Of a stretch of DNA of 35,001 nt, positions 1 through 8,331 are shown piece after piece (position 1 is the stretch's first letter; every line of letters starts with the position of its first letter). Made by a program: the position numbers and the translations under genes. The notes below the pieces were generated by a model. It was given only the letters and a program-made list of their open reading frames with translations. It did not search any database and was not told the origin of the DNA. Origin of the DNA: a virus (taxonomy: Duplodnaviria; Caudoviricetes); IMG/VR virus record IMGVR_UViG_3300029318_000041, positions 1 to 35,001 of that record. The stretch is one strand, 5' to 3'.

Positions 1-24
1 AATAAGGAAAAACTGGGCCGGGTT

Positions 25-1005
25 ATGACAGACGTAGTGCAGCATTTGCGTGACGAGGACATCAGGGACTTGTCGCCTACACAGTTAGCGGAACGGTTGA
101 GTCAATTTGAGTCGCTGCGGTTGACTCAGATGGCAGACAACCGCGAAGAGTTATGGGACGACATGGCGACATATGGCGCAAACAATGGGGTGCCTATGCC
201 GTGGGATGTGGTGAGAGACAAGTTCGGGTTCCGCGACGGTGAGTTGACAATGATTGCCGGGCCAAACAATTCTGCAAAGTCTTCAGTAATGTCGCAGATG
301 GCGCTGCACTATTCCCGATATGAGCGTGTCGGAATGATGTCTCTGGAGGAGCCGTTCAAGGCGCAAGCGTATCGCTTTATGAAGCAGGCATATGCGAGCG
401 AAAAGATAACAAGGGCGCAGTTCGATAATCTCTGTGATTTTACGAGAGATCGCATTTGGTTCTACAAGGTCTACGGAACGGTGCAGCCAGCCAGAGTTTA
501 TGGCTGTATCGACGCATTCGCACAGAAAGGCTGCAAGCTGGTGGTGGTCGACAATGCGCAAAAGTGTGGCGTCACGGAGGACATTGACCAGCAGCGTGAC
601 TTTATCAATGCGCTGATTGGACTGGCAGAGGCGCTGCGGGTTCACATTGTTCTTGTGCATCATACTCGGAAGCGACCAAGTGGACAGGCGTTTCATAAGC
701 CGACAGCCGACGATGTCAGGGGCGCGGGAGCGTTTACTGATTTAGCGACTAACTTACTGCTGGTGAACCGAAACATTGAGCGAGCAGAGGCGCTAGAGAA
801 GCAAGAGTCTGGCGCATTCCTCAGTGCTGCAGAGCAGGATTTGCTTTCCGAAGAATGCGACCTGACAGTGCAGATCAGAAAGCAAAAGTTTGGTTCCACG
901 TGGAACGGTACGTTAAGCCTGTATTACGGCAACGGCATGACGTTCAAAGATAGCGAGATGGGTGCTGATGTCACGCTGCCGCTGAGAATTGTTGACGGTG
1001 TCTAA
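25..1005 (+). CDS. DnaB-like (SF4) replicative helicase
   Basis: GELTMIAGPNNSAKS (variant Walker A), SLEE (H1a), VVVDN (Walker B), IVLVHH (H3), DVRGAGAFTDLATN and KQKFG (H4); SD AAGGA upstream. Confidence 0.88.
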   Translation: MTDVVQHLRDEDIRDLSPTQLAERLSQFESLRLTQMADNREELWDDMATYGANNGVPMPWDVVRDKFGFRDGELTMIAGPNNSAKSSVMSQMALHYSRYERVGMMSLEEPFKAQAYRFMKQAYASEKITRAQFDNLCDFTRDRIWFYKVYGTVQPARVYGCIDAFAQKGCKLVVVDNAQKCGVTEDIDQQRDFINALIGLAEALRVHIVLVHHTRKRPSGQAFHKPTADDVRGAGAFTDLATNLLLVNRNIERAEALEKQESGAFLSAAEQDLLSEECDLTVQIRKQKFGSTWNGTLSLYYGNGMTFKDSEMGADVTLPLRIVDGV

Positions 1006-1927
1006 TTGGTCTAATCGCCACACGATTGCGCCGCATGACGAAAGCAGACTGACGTTTGCCGAAGCAGCGGAAGATCACGTGGCTGCATACCTCGGCGGTG
1101 ACGCTGTGCGCGTGTCGATTAACAACAGCAAGACCTTGTACGACATTCTTGCAGCCGGGCTTTTCATTGATGTTAAGACTAAGCCGCGCAACGTCGTCGC
1201 TAGTGCTTCTTTCGATGCGCACGTGGAGGCAAGCCAAAAAGATTATCCCGTAGACATATACGTTTTCTGTAGCAGCCAGAAGTGGGATGGCAAGACAGAA
1301 ATGATGGGCTGGATCTGGAAGGAAGTATTTTTTGACGAGGCGCGATTCGTTCAAAAAGACGAGCTAGATGATGGGTTCGAGGAAAAGGCAGACGCATACA
1401 AGCTGCCGTATTTTTTCTTGTATGACATGGAGGACTTGAAAGCGATGCAAGGCGAGATGTGGCTAGTAAAAAACAAAGACGAGCTGGTGGAGCGGCTGCA
1501 AAACTTTGGCAGGTGGGCGAAGGAAAATTGGGACTGGGAAAAGCCGATGTGCTGGAAGGCGCAAGAGTTCAAGCCGCTGCGGTCATACAGCCAGAACAAT
1601 CTTTTCCATTTGTGGTGCCGCGAGATGGCAGAGTTTTTTCGAGAGCGCGGCGTAATGGTGACGGTGACTGACGATGACGGAGATCACCGAGAGCCGATGA
1701 CGGAGCAAGATGCAAAGGACATTTTGAAGCTCCGGTTTCTCGGGACTTATGAGATGTCAGTTGGCAAGACAGTGATACCGAACAAAGTCAAAAGCACCAG
1801 CAAACTCAACACTGGCGAGATGTTTCACTTTATGGAGCAGGTGCATGCGTGGCTGATTGACAACGGTGTGCCGATAAGTGACCCAGAAGATTCAGAGTTT
1901 AGGAAGCTGCAGCGAGAGGGTCTGTAG
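998..1927 (+). CDS. PD-(D/E)xK nuclease-like domain fused in frame to a NinB/YbcN-like recombination protein
   Basis: N-half has AE...YD...IDVKTK; C-half has RSYSQNNLFHLW...STSKLNTGEMFHFMEQV, typical of NinB/YbcN; internal GGAGG+ATG at 1445. Confidence 0.65.
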   Translation: MSNWSNRHTIAPHDESRLTFAEAAEDHVAAYLGGDAVRVSINNSKTLYDILAAGLFIDVKTKPRNVVASASFDAHVEASQKDYPVDIYVFCSSQKWDGKTEMMGWIWKEVFFDEARFVQKDELDDGFEEKADAYKLPYFFLYDMEDLKAMQGEMWLVKNKDELVERLQNFGRWAKENWDWEKPMCWKAQEFKPLRSYSQNNLFHLWCREMAEFFRERGVMVTVTDDDGDHREPMTEQDAKDILKLRFLGTYEMSVGKTVIPNKVKSTSKLNTGEMFHFMEQVHAWLIDNGVPISDPEDSEFRKLQREGL

Positions 1928-2343
1928 TGGGTGGCATCAAGATAACACCAGCAGACAGCGCGTTCAGTAAGTGCGTCAAGGAAAGAGCTGAGTGGAAGTG
2001 CGAGCGGTGTGGCACTCAATATCAAGAGGGCGACAGGGGATTGCATACCTCTCACGGACTGGGTCGTGGGCAGTGGGGTGTGAGATTCACCGGGCTAAAC
2101 GCTATCGCTGCGTGTTACGGCTGTCACCAAATTGAAGGTGGTAACTGGATGCAGAGGATGCTGTCGGAAGAGCAGCGCCTGCTGTTGCGTGAGCTGGCAG
2201 ATGATACGTTCAGGGGAAAAGAGTACAGGAAGACAAAGGGCAAAGGCCCGGTAGCTAAACACTACCGAGATCAGTATGACTTGATGAGGCAGGCGAGAGA
2301 GTGCGGGGTGAAGGGGCGCATAGATTTTGAGGACTGGCTATAA
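1927..2343 (+). CDS. NinG/Rap-like HNH recombination endonuclease
   Basis: DSAFSKCVKERA..CERCG..SH..RG..VRF..NAIAACYGCH pattern; follows the NinB-like gene. Confidence 0.75.
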   Translation: MGGIKITPADSAFSKCVKERAEWKCERCGTQYQEGDRGLHTSHGLGRGQWGVRFTGLNAIAACYGCHQIEGGNWMQRMLSEEQRLLLRELADDTFRGKEYRKTKGKGPVAKHYRDQYDLMRQARECGVKGRIDFEDWL

Positions 2344-2362
2344 GAATCAATCGAAATAAGCA

Positions 2363-2379
2363 TATACGAAAACGGTATA
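2363..2379. promoter_or_regulatory. Palindromic operator box TATAC-N7-GTATA
   Basis: TATACGAAAACGGTATA with perfect arms, 9 bp upstream of a -35; related boxes at 7329, 7349, 32541 and 32561. Confidence 0.65.
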
Positions 2380-2388
2380 ACGAAATAG

Positions 2389-2417
2389 TTGATGACAGGG
2401 GGGTAGATTGGTATATT
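2389..2417 (+). promoter_or_regulatory. sigma70-type promoter for the early island
   Basis: TTGATG-N17-TATATT with extended -10 TG. Confidence 0.65.
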
Positions 2418-2445
2418 GTTTTTGTTGATTGATAAGGAGACAGGC

Positions 2446-2622
2446 ATGAGTAACGAAATTTTTGTAGTAGTGGGTTTCAGTGTTGACGGTGACCGCGCTG
2501 TCACTTACGGCGCTTACACATCAATGGACGCCGCGCAAACCAAACGCCAGTTTATGATGAGCGACTACGGAAAAGTAGTCTGGGTACAACGGACTCGCTT
2601 GCAAAATGGGGAGGCCGCGTAA
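2446..2622 (+). CDS. small early hypothetical protein (58 aa)
   Basis: SD TAAGGAG, ATG at 2446, downstream of the promoter. Confidence 0.7.
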   Translation: MSNEIFVVVGFSVDGDRAVTYGAYTSMDAAQTKRQFMMSDYGKVVWVQRTRLQNGEAA

Positions 2623-2648
2623 GCGGCCCAATTAAAGGAGAAAAAGCA

Positions 2649-3032
2649 ATGACTCATCTAGCGCAATTCAAGGCAGGCCACGCATATATCTCTGGCGAGT
2701 TTGGCGAGTCGATGGCGCGGCGGTACTTTGGTGATGAGGTTGTGGACTCTATGCCGCGCTATGTACGCGGCAAGCGTAAGGGCCAGTTTAAAGGTCAAAT
2801 TTCATGGAAAAAGGTTATCAGAGGCGGCTGGGTGCGAACGGGCGCTTATTGTGAGAATTATGGCCCCTCTGGTTACCCCGAGCGCAGGGTTAATCAGATC
2901 ATTGAAGTCGAGCTGTCGATCCCCCAGTGGCGCGAAAATGCGATACCCATAGCTGACTGGAAGTGGGATGAAAAAGATATGAATGACCGTAACAAGGCTT
3001 ACGTTATTGTAAAAGATAACAAGGCCGCGTAA
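2649..3032 (+). CDS. early hypothetical protein
   Basis: SD AAGGAG; 127-aa ORF. Confidence 0.75.
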   Translation: MTHLAQFKAGHAYISGEFGESMARRYFGDEVVDSMPRYVRGKRKGQFKGQISWKKVIRGGWVRTGAYCENYGPSGYPERRVNQIIEVELSIPQWRENAIPIADWKWDEKDMNDRNKAYVIVKDNKAA

Positions 3033-3060
3033 ACAATGTGGGTATATAATTGGAGGCTAC

Positions 3061-3273
3061 ATGGTTGCTATGAAAAACATCGGGGAGCATTGGATGGCGT
3101 TTGCTATCGTCTTGCTTGTTGCGGCCTTTGCAGTTACCGGGTCAGGAGATTACGAGGACGCGCAGCACAGCGAGTCTCATTACTGTAACATGGTGGCGCT
3201 GTATGAGGTCACTGATGGCGAGAACGGTTGGCCTGATTACCTCGGCAAGTACGAAGATGACTGCGTCGAATAA
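3061..3273 (+). CDS. small membrane-anchored or exported protein
   Basis: N-terminal hydrophobic segment followed by YC.MV...GWPDY...C; SD GGAGG. Confidence 0.7.
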   Translation: MVAMKNIGEHWMAFAIVLLVAAFAVTGSGDYEDAQHSESHYCNMVALYEVTDGENGWPDYLGKYEDDCVE

Positions 3274-3451
3274 CCGCAGCCTACTGTCAAAAGAGCAGAT
3301 CGCTGAAGCATTAGAGCTTGCAAGCAACGGGTGGTATTGGCAAAATATAGCTGATAAATTTGGCGTTAGTGCAAGCGCGCTAATGAGGTATGTGCGAGCA
3401 GCAGAGCGGTATGGCTATTCTTTTTGGAGCCAGTATCCAAGAGAAGACTAA
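3257..3451 (+). CDS. small helix-turn-helix DNA-binding protein
   Basis: LSKEQIAEALEL..NG..WQNIADKFGVSASALMRYVR resembles an HTH; start chosen at ATG 3257. Confidence 0.65.
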   Translation: MTASNNRSLLSKEQIAEALELASNGWYWQNIADKFGVSASALMRYVRAAERYGYSFWSQYPRED

Positions 3452-3517
3452 TGCTTGCCCCATAACTCCGATGGCGAGGCGCAGCGTCAATAGGCTTGAT
3501 ATGAAAGGGGCAAGTGT
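3451..3517 (+). other. stem-loop / candidate structured RNA upstream of terS
   Basis: ATGCTTGCCCC (3451-3461) pairs with GGGGCAAGTGT (3507-3517); inner CATA/TATG and TGGCG/CGTCA pairings. Confidence 0.4.
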
Positions 3518-3610
3518 ATTTCATAGAGAGTAGTATTAAGTCATCTGCGTCACCGCATAGCGTGTTAGAAAAACATATCGAAATCAGTGATTTGATTACA
3601 GAGTGTAGTG

Positions 3611-3955
3611 ATGCCATCGCGTAAAGGTTCACCTAACAGGAACAAGAAGTTTTTGCTGACAAGGCTGCAAGATATGTATGGGGATGAGTTCCATCCTATT
3701 ATGCGTATGGCAGAGCAAGCTACTCGATTGCATGAGATAGCGCAGAACGGCGAGACAGGTGACATCAAGGCTAGTATTGACGCATGGGACAAGATCGCTG
3801 CGTACACTGAGCCAAAGCTGAAAGCCACAGAAGTCGACTTGACGACTAGCGATGGGTCTATGTCGCCGACAGTTATAGAGCTGATACCCCGGCTGCCAGA
3901 AGAATCTTACGAAGACTCACAAGATTACTACGATGACGAACGTAGCGAGCATTGA
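3611..3955 (+). CDS. terS: terminase small subunit
   Basis: RKGSPNRNK N-terminus and KIAAYTEPKLKATEV motif; overlaps the terL start. Confidence 0.7.
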   Translation: MPSRKGSPNRNKKFLLTRLQDMYGDEFHPIMRMAEQATRLHEIAQNGETGDIKASIDAWDKIAAYTEPKLKATEVDLTTSDGSMSPTVIELIPRLPEESYEDSQDYYDDERSEH

Positions 3956-5213
3956 GCTGCCACCAAAGCTGGTGGAGCTGTTTGCTGGGGAGGCTCGGTT
4001 TAGAGCTGCATATGGCGGGAGAGGGTCAGGCAAGAGCAGATCGTTTGCGATAATGGCTGCAGCGCGTGGCTACATGTGGGGGCAGCAAGGTAGAACGGGG
4101 CAGATCCTATGCGCCCGTGAGTTTATGAACAGCCTGAACGACTCCAGCTTTGCAGAGGTAGCGGGAGCGATTAAGTCATATGCTTGGCTAGATGAGTATT
4201 ACGAGGTCGGCGAGCGATATATAAGATCGCGTGACGGCAACATCGAGTTCACCTTTGCGGGATTGCGTAGGAACTTAGACAGCATCAAGTCGAAAGCGTT
4301 TATCCTTCTGTGCTGGGTTGATGAGGCAGAGAGCTGCAGCGAGACAGCGTGGGAAAAGCTGCTGCCGACAGTTAGGGAAAGCGGCTCCGAGATATGGGTG
4401 AGCTGGAACCCGGAAAGCAATCAGTCAGCAACCCATAAACGCTTCCGTGTAGATCGACCGTACAGCAGCAAAATCGTAGAGCTAAACTATCAGGACAATC
4501 CGTTCTTTCCTGCAGAGCTGGAGCAGCAACGAAAAGAGGATCACGATAAGAGGCCCGAGAGCTACGAGCATATTTGGCTAGGTGGCTTCAGAACGCACCA
4601 TGACGGCGCGTATTATTCTATCGAGATGCGTGACGCAAATGCTGAAGGGCGGCTGACAGCGGTGCCGTATGAGAAGGCGTTGCCGGTTATAACGAGTTGG
4701 GACTTGGGTATTGGCGACACGACTGCAATCATCTTCTGCCAGAAGCATGGCCCGGAGACGCGGATCATTGACCACTATGAGACTTCAGGCGTCGGGCTAG
4801 ATCATTACGTTAGGGTCTTACAGGATAAGGGCTACGTGTACGATCAGCATATCCTGCCGCATGATGTTAAGGTTAGGGAGCTGGGTTCAGGCAAGTCGCG
4901 GCTAGAGACGCTACAGGGTCTAGGCTTGAGCAACATACAGATCGCTCCGCAGCTCAACGTCGATGATGGCATACAGGCAGCGCGGTCGTTGTTGGCTACC
5001 TGCTGGTTTGATGTCGAGAAGTGCAGCCACTTGATAGATGCGTTACGCTCGTACCACAGAGAGTATGACGATAACAATCGTACGTGGAAGGGTAGGCCAA
5101 ACCATGACTGGTCAAGTCACTCTGCTGACGCGCTGAGATACCTTGCGGTCGGTCATAGGGAGACATCGAACTGGGCAGAGCCTATCCGTAGAAACTTACA
5201 GGGGATTGCATAA
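3933..5213 (+). CDS. terL: terminase large subunit (PBSX/XtmB-like)
   Basis: AYGGRGSGKS Walker A, WVDEAE Walker B, SWNP, nuclease motifs WDLG and HSADALRY. Confidence 0.95.
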   Translation: MTNVASIELPPKLVELFAGEARFRAAYGGRGSGKSRSFAIMAAARGYMWGQQGRTGQILCAREFMNSLNDSSFAEVAGAIKSYAWLDEYYEVGERYIRSRDGNIEFTFAGLRRNLDSIKSKAFILLCWVDEAESCSETAWEKLLPTVRESGSEIWVSWNPESNQSATHKRFRVDRPYSSKIVELNYQDNPFFPAELEQQRKEDHDKRPESYEHIWLGGFRTHHDGAYYSIEMRDANAEGRLTAVPYEKALPVITSWDLGIGDTTAIIFCQKHGPETRIIDHYETSGVGLDHYVRVLQDKGYVYDQHILPHDVKVRELGSGKSRLETLQGLGLSNIQIAPQLNVDDGIQAARSLLATCWFDVEKCSHLIDALRSYHREYDDNNRTWKGRPNHDWSSHSADALRYLAVGHRETSNWAEPIRRNLQGIA

Positions 5214-6265
5214 TGGCTGAAGCGACAATGATGGCTCCGCGAAGCGGTCTGCTGCAGCAAGCGACAATGATGGGCAGAGGCTTGGAGCGCAGGCTAGAAG
5301 GCTCCCCGGCGTCGCTCTTCTTTCCGTCAAACATCGTGGGCCTTGCGGAAGAGTTCAATTATGGGACGCCTTCAGTCGAGACTGCTGCGCTTGCCGCACT
5401 AGAAGCGGGCGGCGGAACTGTTCTTGGTAAGGTTGGCGCGAAAGGATTGCAGCTTGTCCGGTATCTCGACACGCTACAGGCTCCGGACTGGCTAAAGAAC
5501 TCAGTGCGCAACCTGCTAGACGCGGGAGAAGATCCGGACGAAATCGCCAAGATGGTGCAGTTCCAAATGAAGGATAGGCAGTCGAAAGGGCTGCTGTCGG
5601 AGCCTATAGAAGAAACGCCAATGGGGTTGTTGCCAGAGCTGACGGACCAAGCGAAATCGCTCGCGTGGACAGACGAAGGACTAAAAGGCTCTGCCAAGCC
5701 GTCGTCCCGCCCGACAGCGACATTTATAACGGGTTTGCCCGCAGCAGGTAAGTCTTCAGTAGCTAACCCTTTGGCGAGAGAATTAGATGCCGCAATCATT
5801 GATCCGGATGAGGCAAAAAAGTTGTTGCCCGGATTCGACGGCGGTATTGGCGCTACCGCTGTGCATGAGCAAAGCAAGGTGTTAGCGCAGGGCATGCAGG
5901 ATGACTTGGTTGCGGATGGTTACAACTTGCTGATTGGTACTGTCGGAAATTCAGCAGAAAAACTGGCGGCTAAGGCAAATGCATTACGGCAGCAGGGGTA
6001 TGAGGTTAATCTCGTAAATATGTTGGTTGATGAAACTGAAGGGAAAGGCCGCGCCCTTTATCGGTCTGCTGCAACGGGCAGGCATATCCCCTTGAGCGTA
6101 ATCGAGGCATATGGCACTAGGCCGCAAGAAAATTATGGTCTATTGAAGGAGCTTGGTGTTTTTGACAACTACGCACAGATAGACAATTCTGGGCCGATAG
6201 ATGCAGCCAAAAAGGTAATCGAGGATACAGGCGGTCTGTTTAGTCGACTAGATGGTTTTGATTAG
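5213..6265 (+). CDS. zeta-toxin-like P-loop kinase with a low-complexity, virion-protein-like N-terminus
   Basis: FITGLPAAGKS, IIDPDEAKKLLP, VHEQSK, GYEVNLV, RALYR..TGRHIP and IDNS match the zeta toxin family; coupled to terL by TAATG. Confidence 0.75.
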   Translation: MAEATMMAPRSGLLQQATMMGRGLERRLEGSPASLFFPSNIVGLAEEFNYGTPSVETAALAALEAGGGTVLGKVGAKGLQLVRYLDTLQAPDWLKNSVRNLLDAGEDPDEIAKMVQFQMKDRQSKGLLSEPIEETPMGLLPELTDQAKSLAWTDEGLKGSAKPSSRPTATFITGLPAAGKSSVANPLARELDAAIIDPDEAKKLLPGFDGGIGATAVHEQSKVLAQGMQDDLVADGYNLLIGTVGNSAEKLAAKANALRQQGYEVNLVNMLVDETEGKGRALYRSAATGRHIPLSVIEAYGTRPQENYGLLKELGVFDNYAQIDNSGPIDAAKKVIEDTGGLFSRLDGFD

Positions 6266-6405
6266 TCCCAGCCTATGCCGTCGCAAGACTTGTCGCCGTA
6301 GTCCCATCTGTTGGGTCTAGGCGGAGCCGGTGGCGGCTTGGGTCGTAGCTGGTAAATGGTGACTGCAGCAAGGGCTGCATAAACAACGAACAAAAAGTAA
6401 AGCAT
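6262..6405 (-). CDS. 47-aa membrane peptide (not in the ORF track)
   Basis: MLYFLFVVYAALAAVTIYQLRPKPPPAPPRPNRWDYGDKSCDGIGWD; SD GGAGG 5 nt before ATG; has its own promoter. Confidence 0.7.
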   Translation of the reverse strand: MLYFLFVVYAALAAVTIYQLRPKPPPAPPRPNRWDYGDKSCDGIGWD

Positions 6406-6421
6406 TGCAACCTCCATATAA

Positions 6422-6450
6422 AGTATAACAAAAATGTTTAGTCATTGCAA
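6422..6450 (-). promoter_or_regulatory. sigma70-type promoter for the 47-aa peptide
   Basis: Minus strand TTGCAA-N17-TATACT with extended -10 TG. Confidence 0.7.
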
Positions 6451-6455
6451 GGTGG

Positions 6456-6857
6456 TTATCGCACCATGCCCATAGCAGCCTTGTCCTTTGCGTATTGAAG
6501 TATCCAGTACGCATCGCTCTGAATCCAGTCGGGGCGCTCGCAGCTTTGGTACTCAATGCTGCTTGCCAACTGCCATGCCTCGGCGTTAGACAGCGGCATG
6601 CCATTGTGAACGGCAGCCATAGCCTCTACACGTTGAACAAACTCTTCTTCTTGATGAGGGTCAGACTCGTCGTATCGGTAGTTGACTGAGTCGATGTTGG
6701 CTTGGGCCATGATCGCAGCGTATCGTTCCACCGCGTCCTCGGGATCAACGCGCTCTGGCAAGATTCGCTTTTTGTGATAGATGTTGTAGGCAATCCATCC
6801 CTGCAGAAACTTTGCCAGCCTCACAAAATCAATTTCGTCTTTTAGATATGCACTCAT
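6456..6857 (-). CDS. early hypothetical protein (133 aa)
   Basis: MSAYL start with GGAG SD; N..SVNYRY and SIEYQSCE.PDW..S.A motifs recur in phage hypotheticals. Confidence 0.75.
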   Translation of the reverse strand: MSAYLKDEIDFVRLAKFLQGWIAYNIYHKKRILPERVDPEDAVERYAAIMAQANIDSVNYRYDESDPHQEEEFVQRVEAMAAVHNGMPLSNAEAWQLASSIEYQSCERPDWIQSDAYWILQYAKDKAAMGMVR

Positions 6858-6898
6858 TTCTTCTCTCCGTGAGAAGGGGCCGAAGCCCCGGTTAGTTG

Positions 6899-7252
6899 TT
6901 AGTCGAGTCGGCTCTGGGCAAAGGCTTGGAAGCCGTGCTTCTTGAACACATCCGCGTAGGCGTAGGCAGCCTCTAGCTGGGCATCGACACTCTGGCAAGG
7001 CATGGCACCGGGACGCCAGACCTGATGGACGCCTTCCCAGTTTTTCTCGATACCCCAATCTTCCAGCGCCTTACCGAGCTTGCTGTTTGCGCGGATCCTT
7101 TTGCCTTGGTCGTCGAAAATGACAACCCAGCCAAAGCCGCAAGCGCCGCCGTCACGACCCTCGAAGTGCTTGTCAAGGAATGCGAACCCTGCATTCTTTG
7201 CGGCAGCGTGGGCCTCGATAACAATGTCACCTAAGTTCTCTGGTACGTTCAT
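6899..7252 (-). CDS. early hypothetical protein (117 aa)
   Basis: SD GGAG; GACGFGWV...CQS...EAAYAYADV...QSRLD is a widespread phage family pattern. Confidence 0.8.
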   Translation of the reverse strand: MNVPENLGDIVIEAHAAAKNAGFAFLDKHFEGRDGGACGFGWVVIFDDQGKRIRANSKLGKALEDWGIEKNWEGVHQVWRPGAMPCQSVDAQLEAAYAYADVFKKHGFQAFAQSRLD

Positions 7253-7291
7253 AGCTTTTCTCCGTTAGTCGCAGGACAACCCTGCAAAACA

Positions 7292-7391
7292 ATAATAACA
7301 AAATATCAACAAAAAAGGGATAAAACTATATACCGATTTGGAATAGATAATATATTGCGGTTATAACAATCTGCGCCGCCCGTGGTATCAT
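7292..7391. promoter_or_regulatory. divergent promoter region with two tandem operator boxes (7329-7345, 7349-7365)
   Basis: Leftward TGtTATTAT (7292-7300), rightward TGgTATCAT (7383-7391); boxes TATACCGATTTGGAATA and AATATATTGCGGTTATA start 20 bp apart. Confidence 0.6.
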
Positions 7392-7415
7392 CAAGGGGTC
7401 AAAAATGGAGGCGTT

Positions 7416-7700
7416 ATGGCGTCGAAAAAAGACAGCAGGCTAACTCGCGCAGGTGTCAGCGGGTACAATAAGCCTAAGCGCACTCCAAACCATCCAACAA
7501 AAAGCCATGTCGTAGTTGCCAAGTCTGGTGATAAAATCAAGACCATACGATTCGGGCAGCAAGGCGTCAGCGGCGCAGGCAAGAACCCAAAGACAAAGTC
7601 AGAGAAAGCCCGGCGCAAGTCATTCAAAGCGCGTCACGCCAAGAACATCGCAAAGGGCAAAATGTCTGCAGCGTACTGGGCATCAAGGACAAAGTGGTGA
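7416..7700 (+). CDS. small Lys/Arg-rich protein (DUF6321-like)
   Basis: KTIRFGQQG...ARRKSFKARH...SAAYW...KW; SD GGAGG. Confidence 0.8.
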   Translation: MASKKDSRLTRAGVSGYNKPKRTPNHPTKSHVVVAKSGDKIKTIRFGQQGVSGAGKNPKTKSEKARRKSFKARHAKNIAKGKMSAAYWASRTKW

Positions 7701-7712
7701 GGCTATGCTGCG

Positions 7713-7919
7713 TTGCAGGTCGTGTGGCTATATTTAGTGCTGCAGGGCGGCACGGCAGTTTTTCACGGCTGGCGGGTTGTACCGACCACAATATGCGTTT
7801 ATAAGGAATATCACGATCCAGAGTCTGAGCGTCGGTACGCGTTTCATATCAGCCCGGTGGCAGATTGCCCACCATATGTAAGGCACAAACAGGAGTCGCA
7901 AGATGGCGATGGGAGTTAA
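7713..7919 (+). CDS. hypothetical protein
   Basis: Fills the gap in the operon; TTG start, hydrophobic N-terminus, two Cys. Confidence 0.45.
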   Translation: MQVVWLYLVLQGGTAVFHGWRVVPTTICVYKEYHDPESERRYAFHISPVADCPPYVRHKQESQDGDGS

Positions 7920-8082
7920 GCACTACTTCAAGAACGGCAAAGAGCATAAGGGCGGTATGCACAAGATGCCTAATGGCGAACTGCATAGCGGCAAAACTCA
8001 CGGCAAGTCCAGTCAGCGCCTGTACCACTACGGCGAACTCAGTAAAAAATCTCAGTCAACAGCCAGAAAGGGGTGGAAGTAA
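7903..8082 (+). CDS. small His/Lys-rich basic protein (59 aa, not in the ORF track)
   Basis: MAMGVKHYFKNGKEHKGGMHKMPNGELHSGKTHGKSSQRLYHYGELSKKSQSTARKGWK; SD AGGAG. Confidence 0.8.
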   Translation: MAMGVKHYFKNGKEHKGGMHKMPNGELHSGKTHGKSSQRLYHYGELSKKSQSTARKGWK

Positions 8083-8177
8083 TGCCGGGTTATCATTACG
8101 GAAAGAAGTCTAAGGGCATGAAGAAAGGGAAGGCCGGGGCAAAAAAGTCGAAGAAGGGGGCGCGTCGTGGCAAGTAA
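8082..8177 (+). CDS. 31-aa Lys-rich peptide (not in the ORF track)
   Basis: MPGYHYGKKSKGMKKGKAGAKKSKKGARRGK; TAATG coupling. Confidence 0.65.
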   Translation: MPGYHYGKKSKGMKKGKAGAKKSKKGARRGK

Positions 8178-8331
8178 AAAGGGTCTATACGCCAACATCC
8201 ACGCCAAGCGAAAGCGAATTAAGGCCGGGTCCAAAGAAAAAATGAGGAAGCCGGGGACGAAGGGCGCGCCCACAGCCAAGGCGTTCAAGGCTGCGGCAAA
8301 AACAGCAAAGAAACCCAAGCGGAAAAAGTAA
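8167..8331 (+). CDS. 54-aa Lys/Ala-rich, histone-H1-like basic protein (not in the ORF track)
   Basis: MASKKGLYANIHAKRKRIKAGSKEKMRKPGTKGAPTAKAFKAAAKTAKKPKRKK; GTG start; abuts the next ATG. Confidence 0.8.
   Translation: MASKKGLYANIHAKRKRIKAGSKEKMRKPGTKGAPTAKAFKAAAKTAKKPKRKK

Noticed and set aside
3022-3050. TATAAT at 3045-3050 as a promoter
   Set aside because: No credible -35 or extended -10; possible but unsupported.
3465-3506. Hammerhead- or twister-like appearance (TAACTCCGATG...GAAA)
   Set aside because: It lacks the CUGANGA core and the required stems or pseudoknots; kept only as a generic structured element.
6858-7058. 200-aa version of ORF 6456..7058
   Set aside because: It overlaps the 6899..7252 gene on the same strand; the SD supports a start at 6857.
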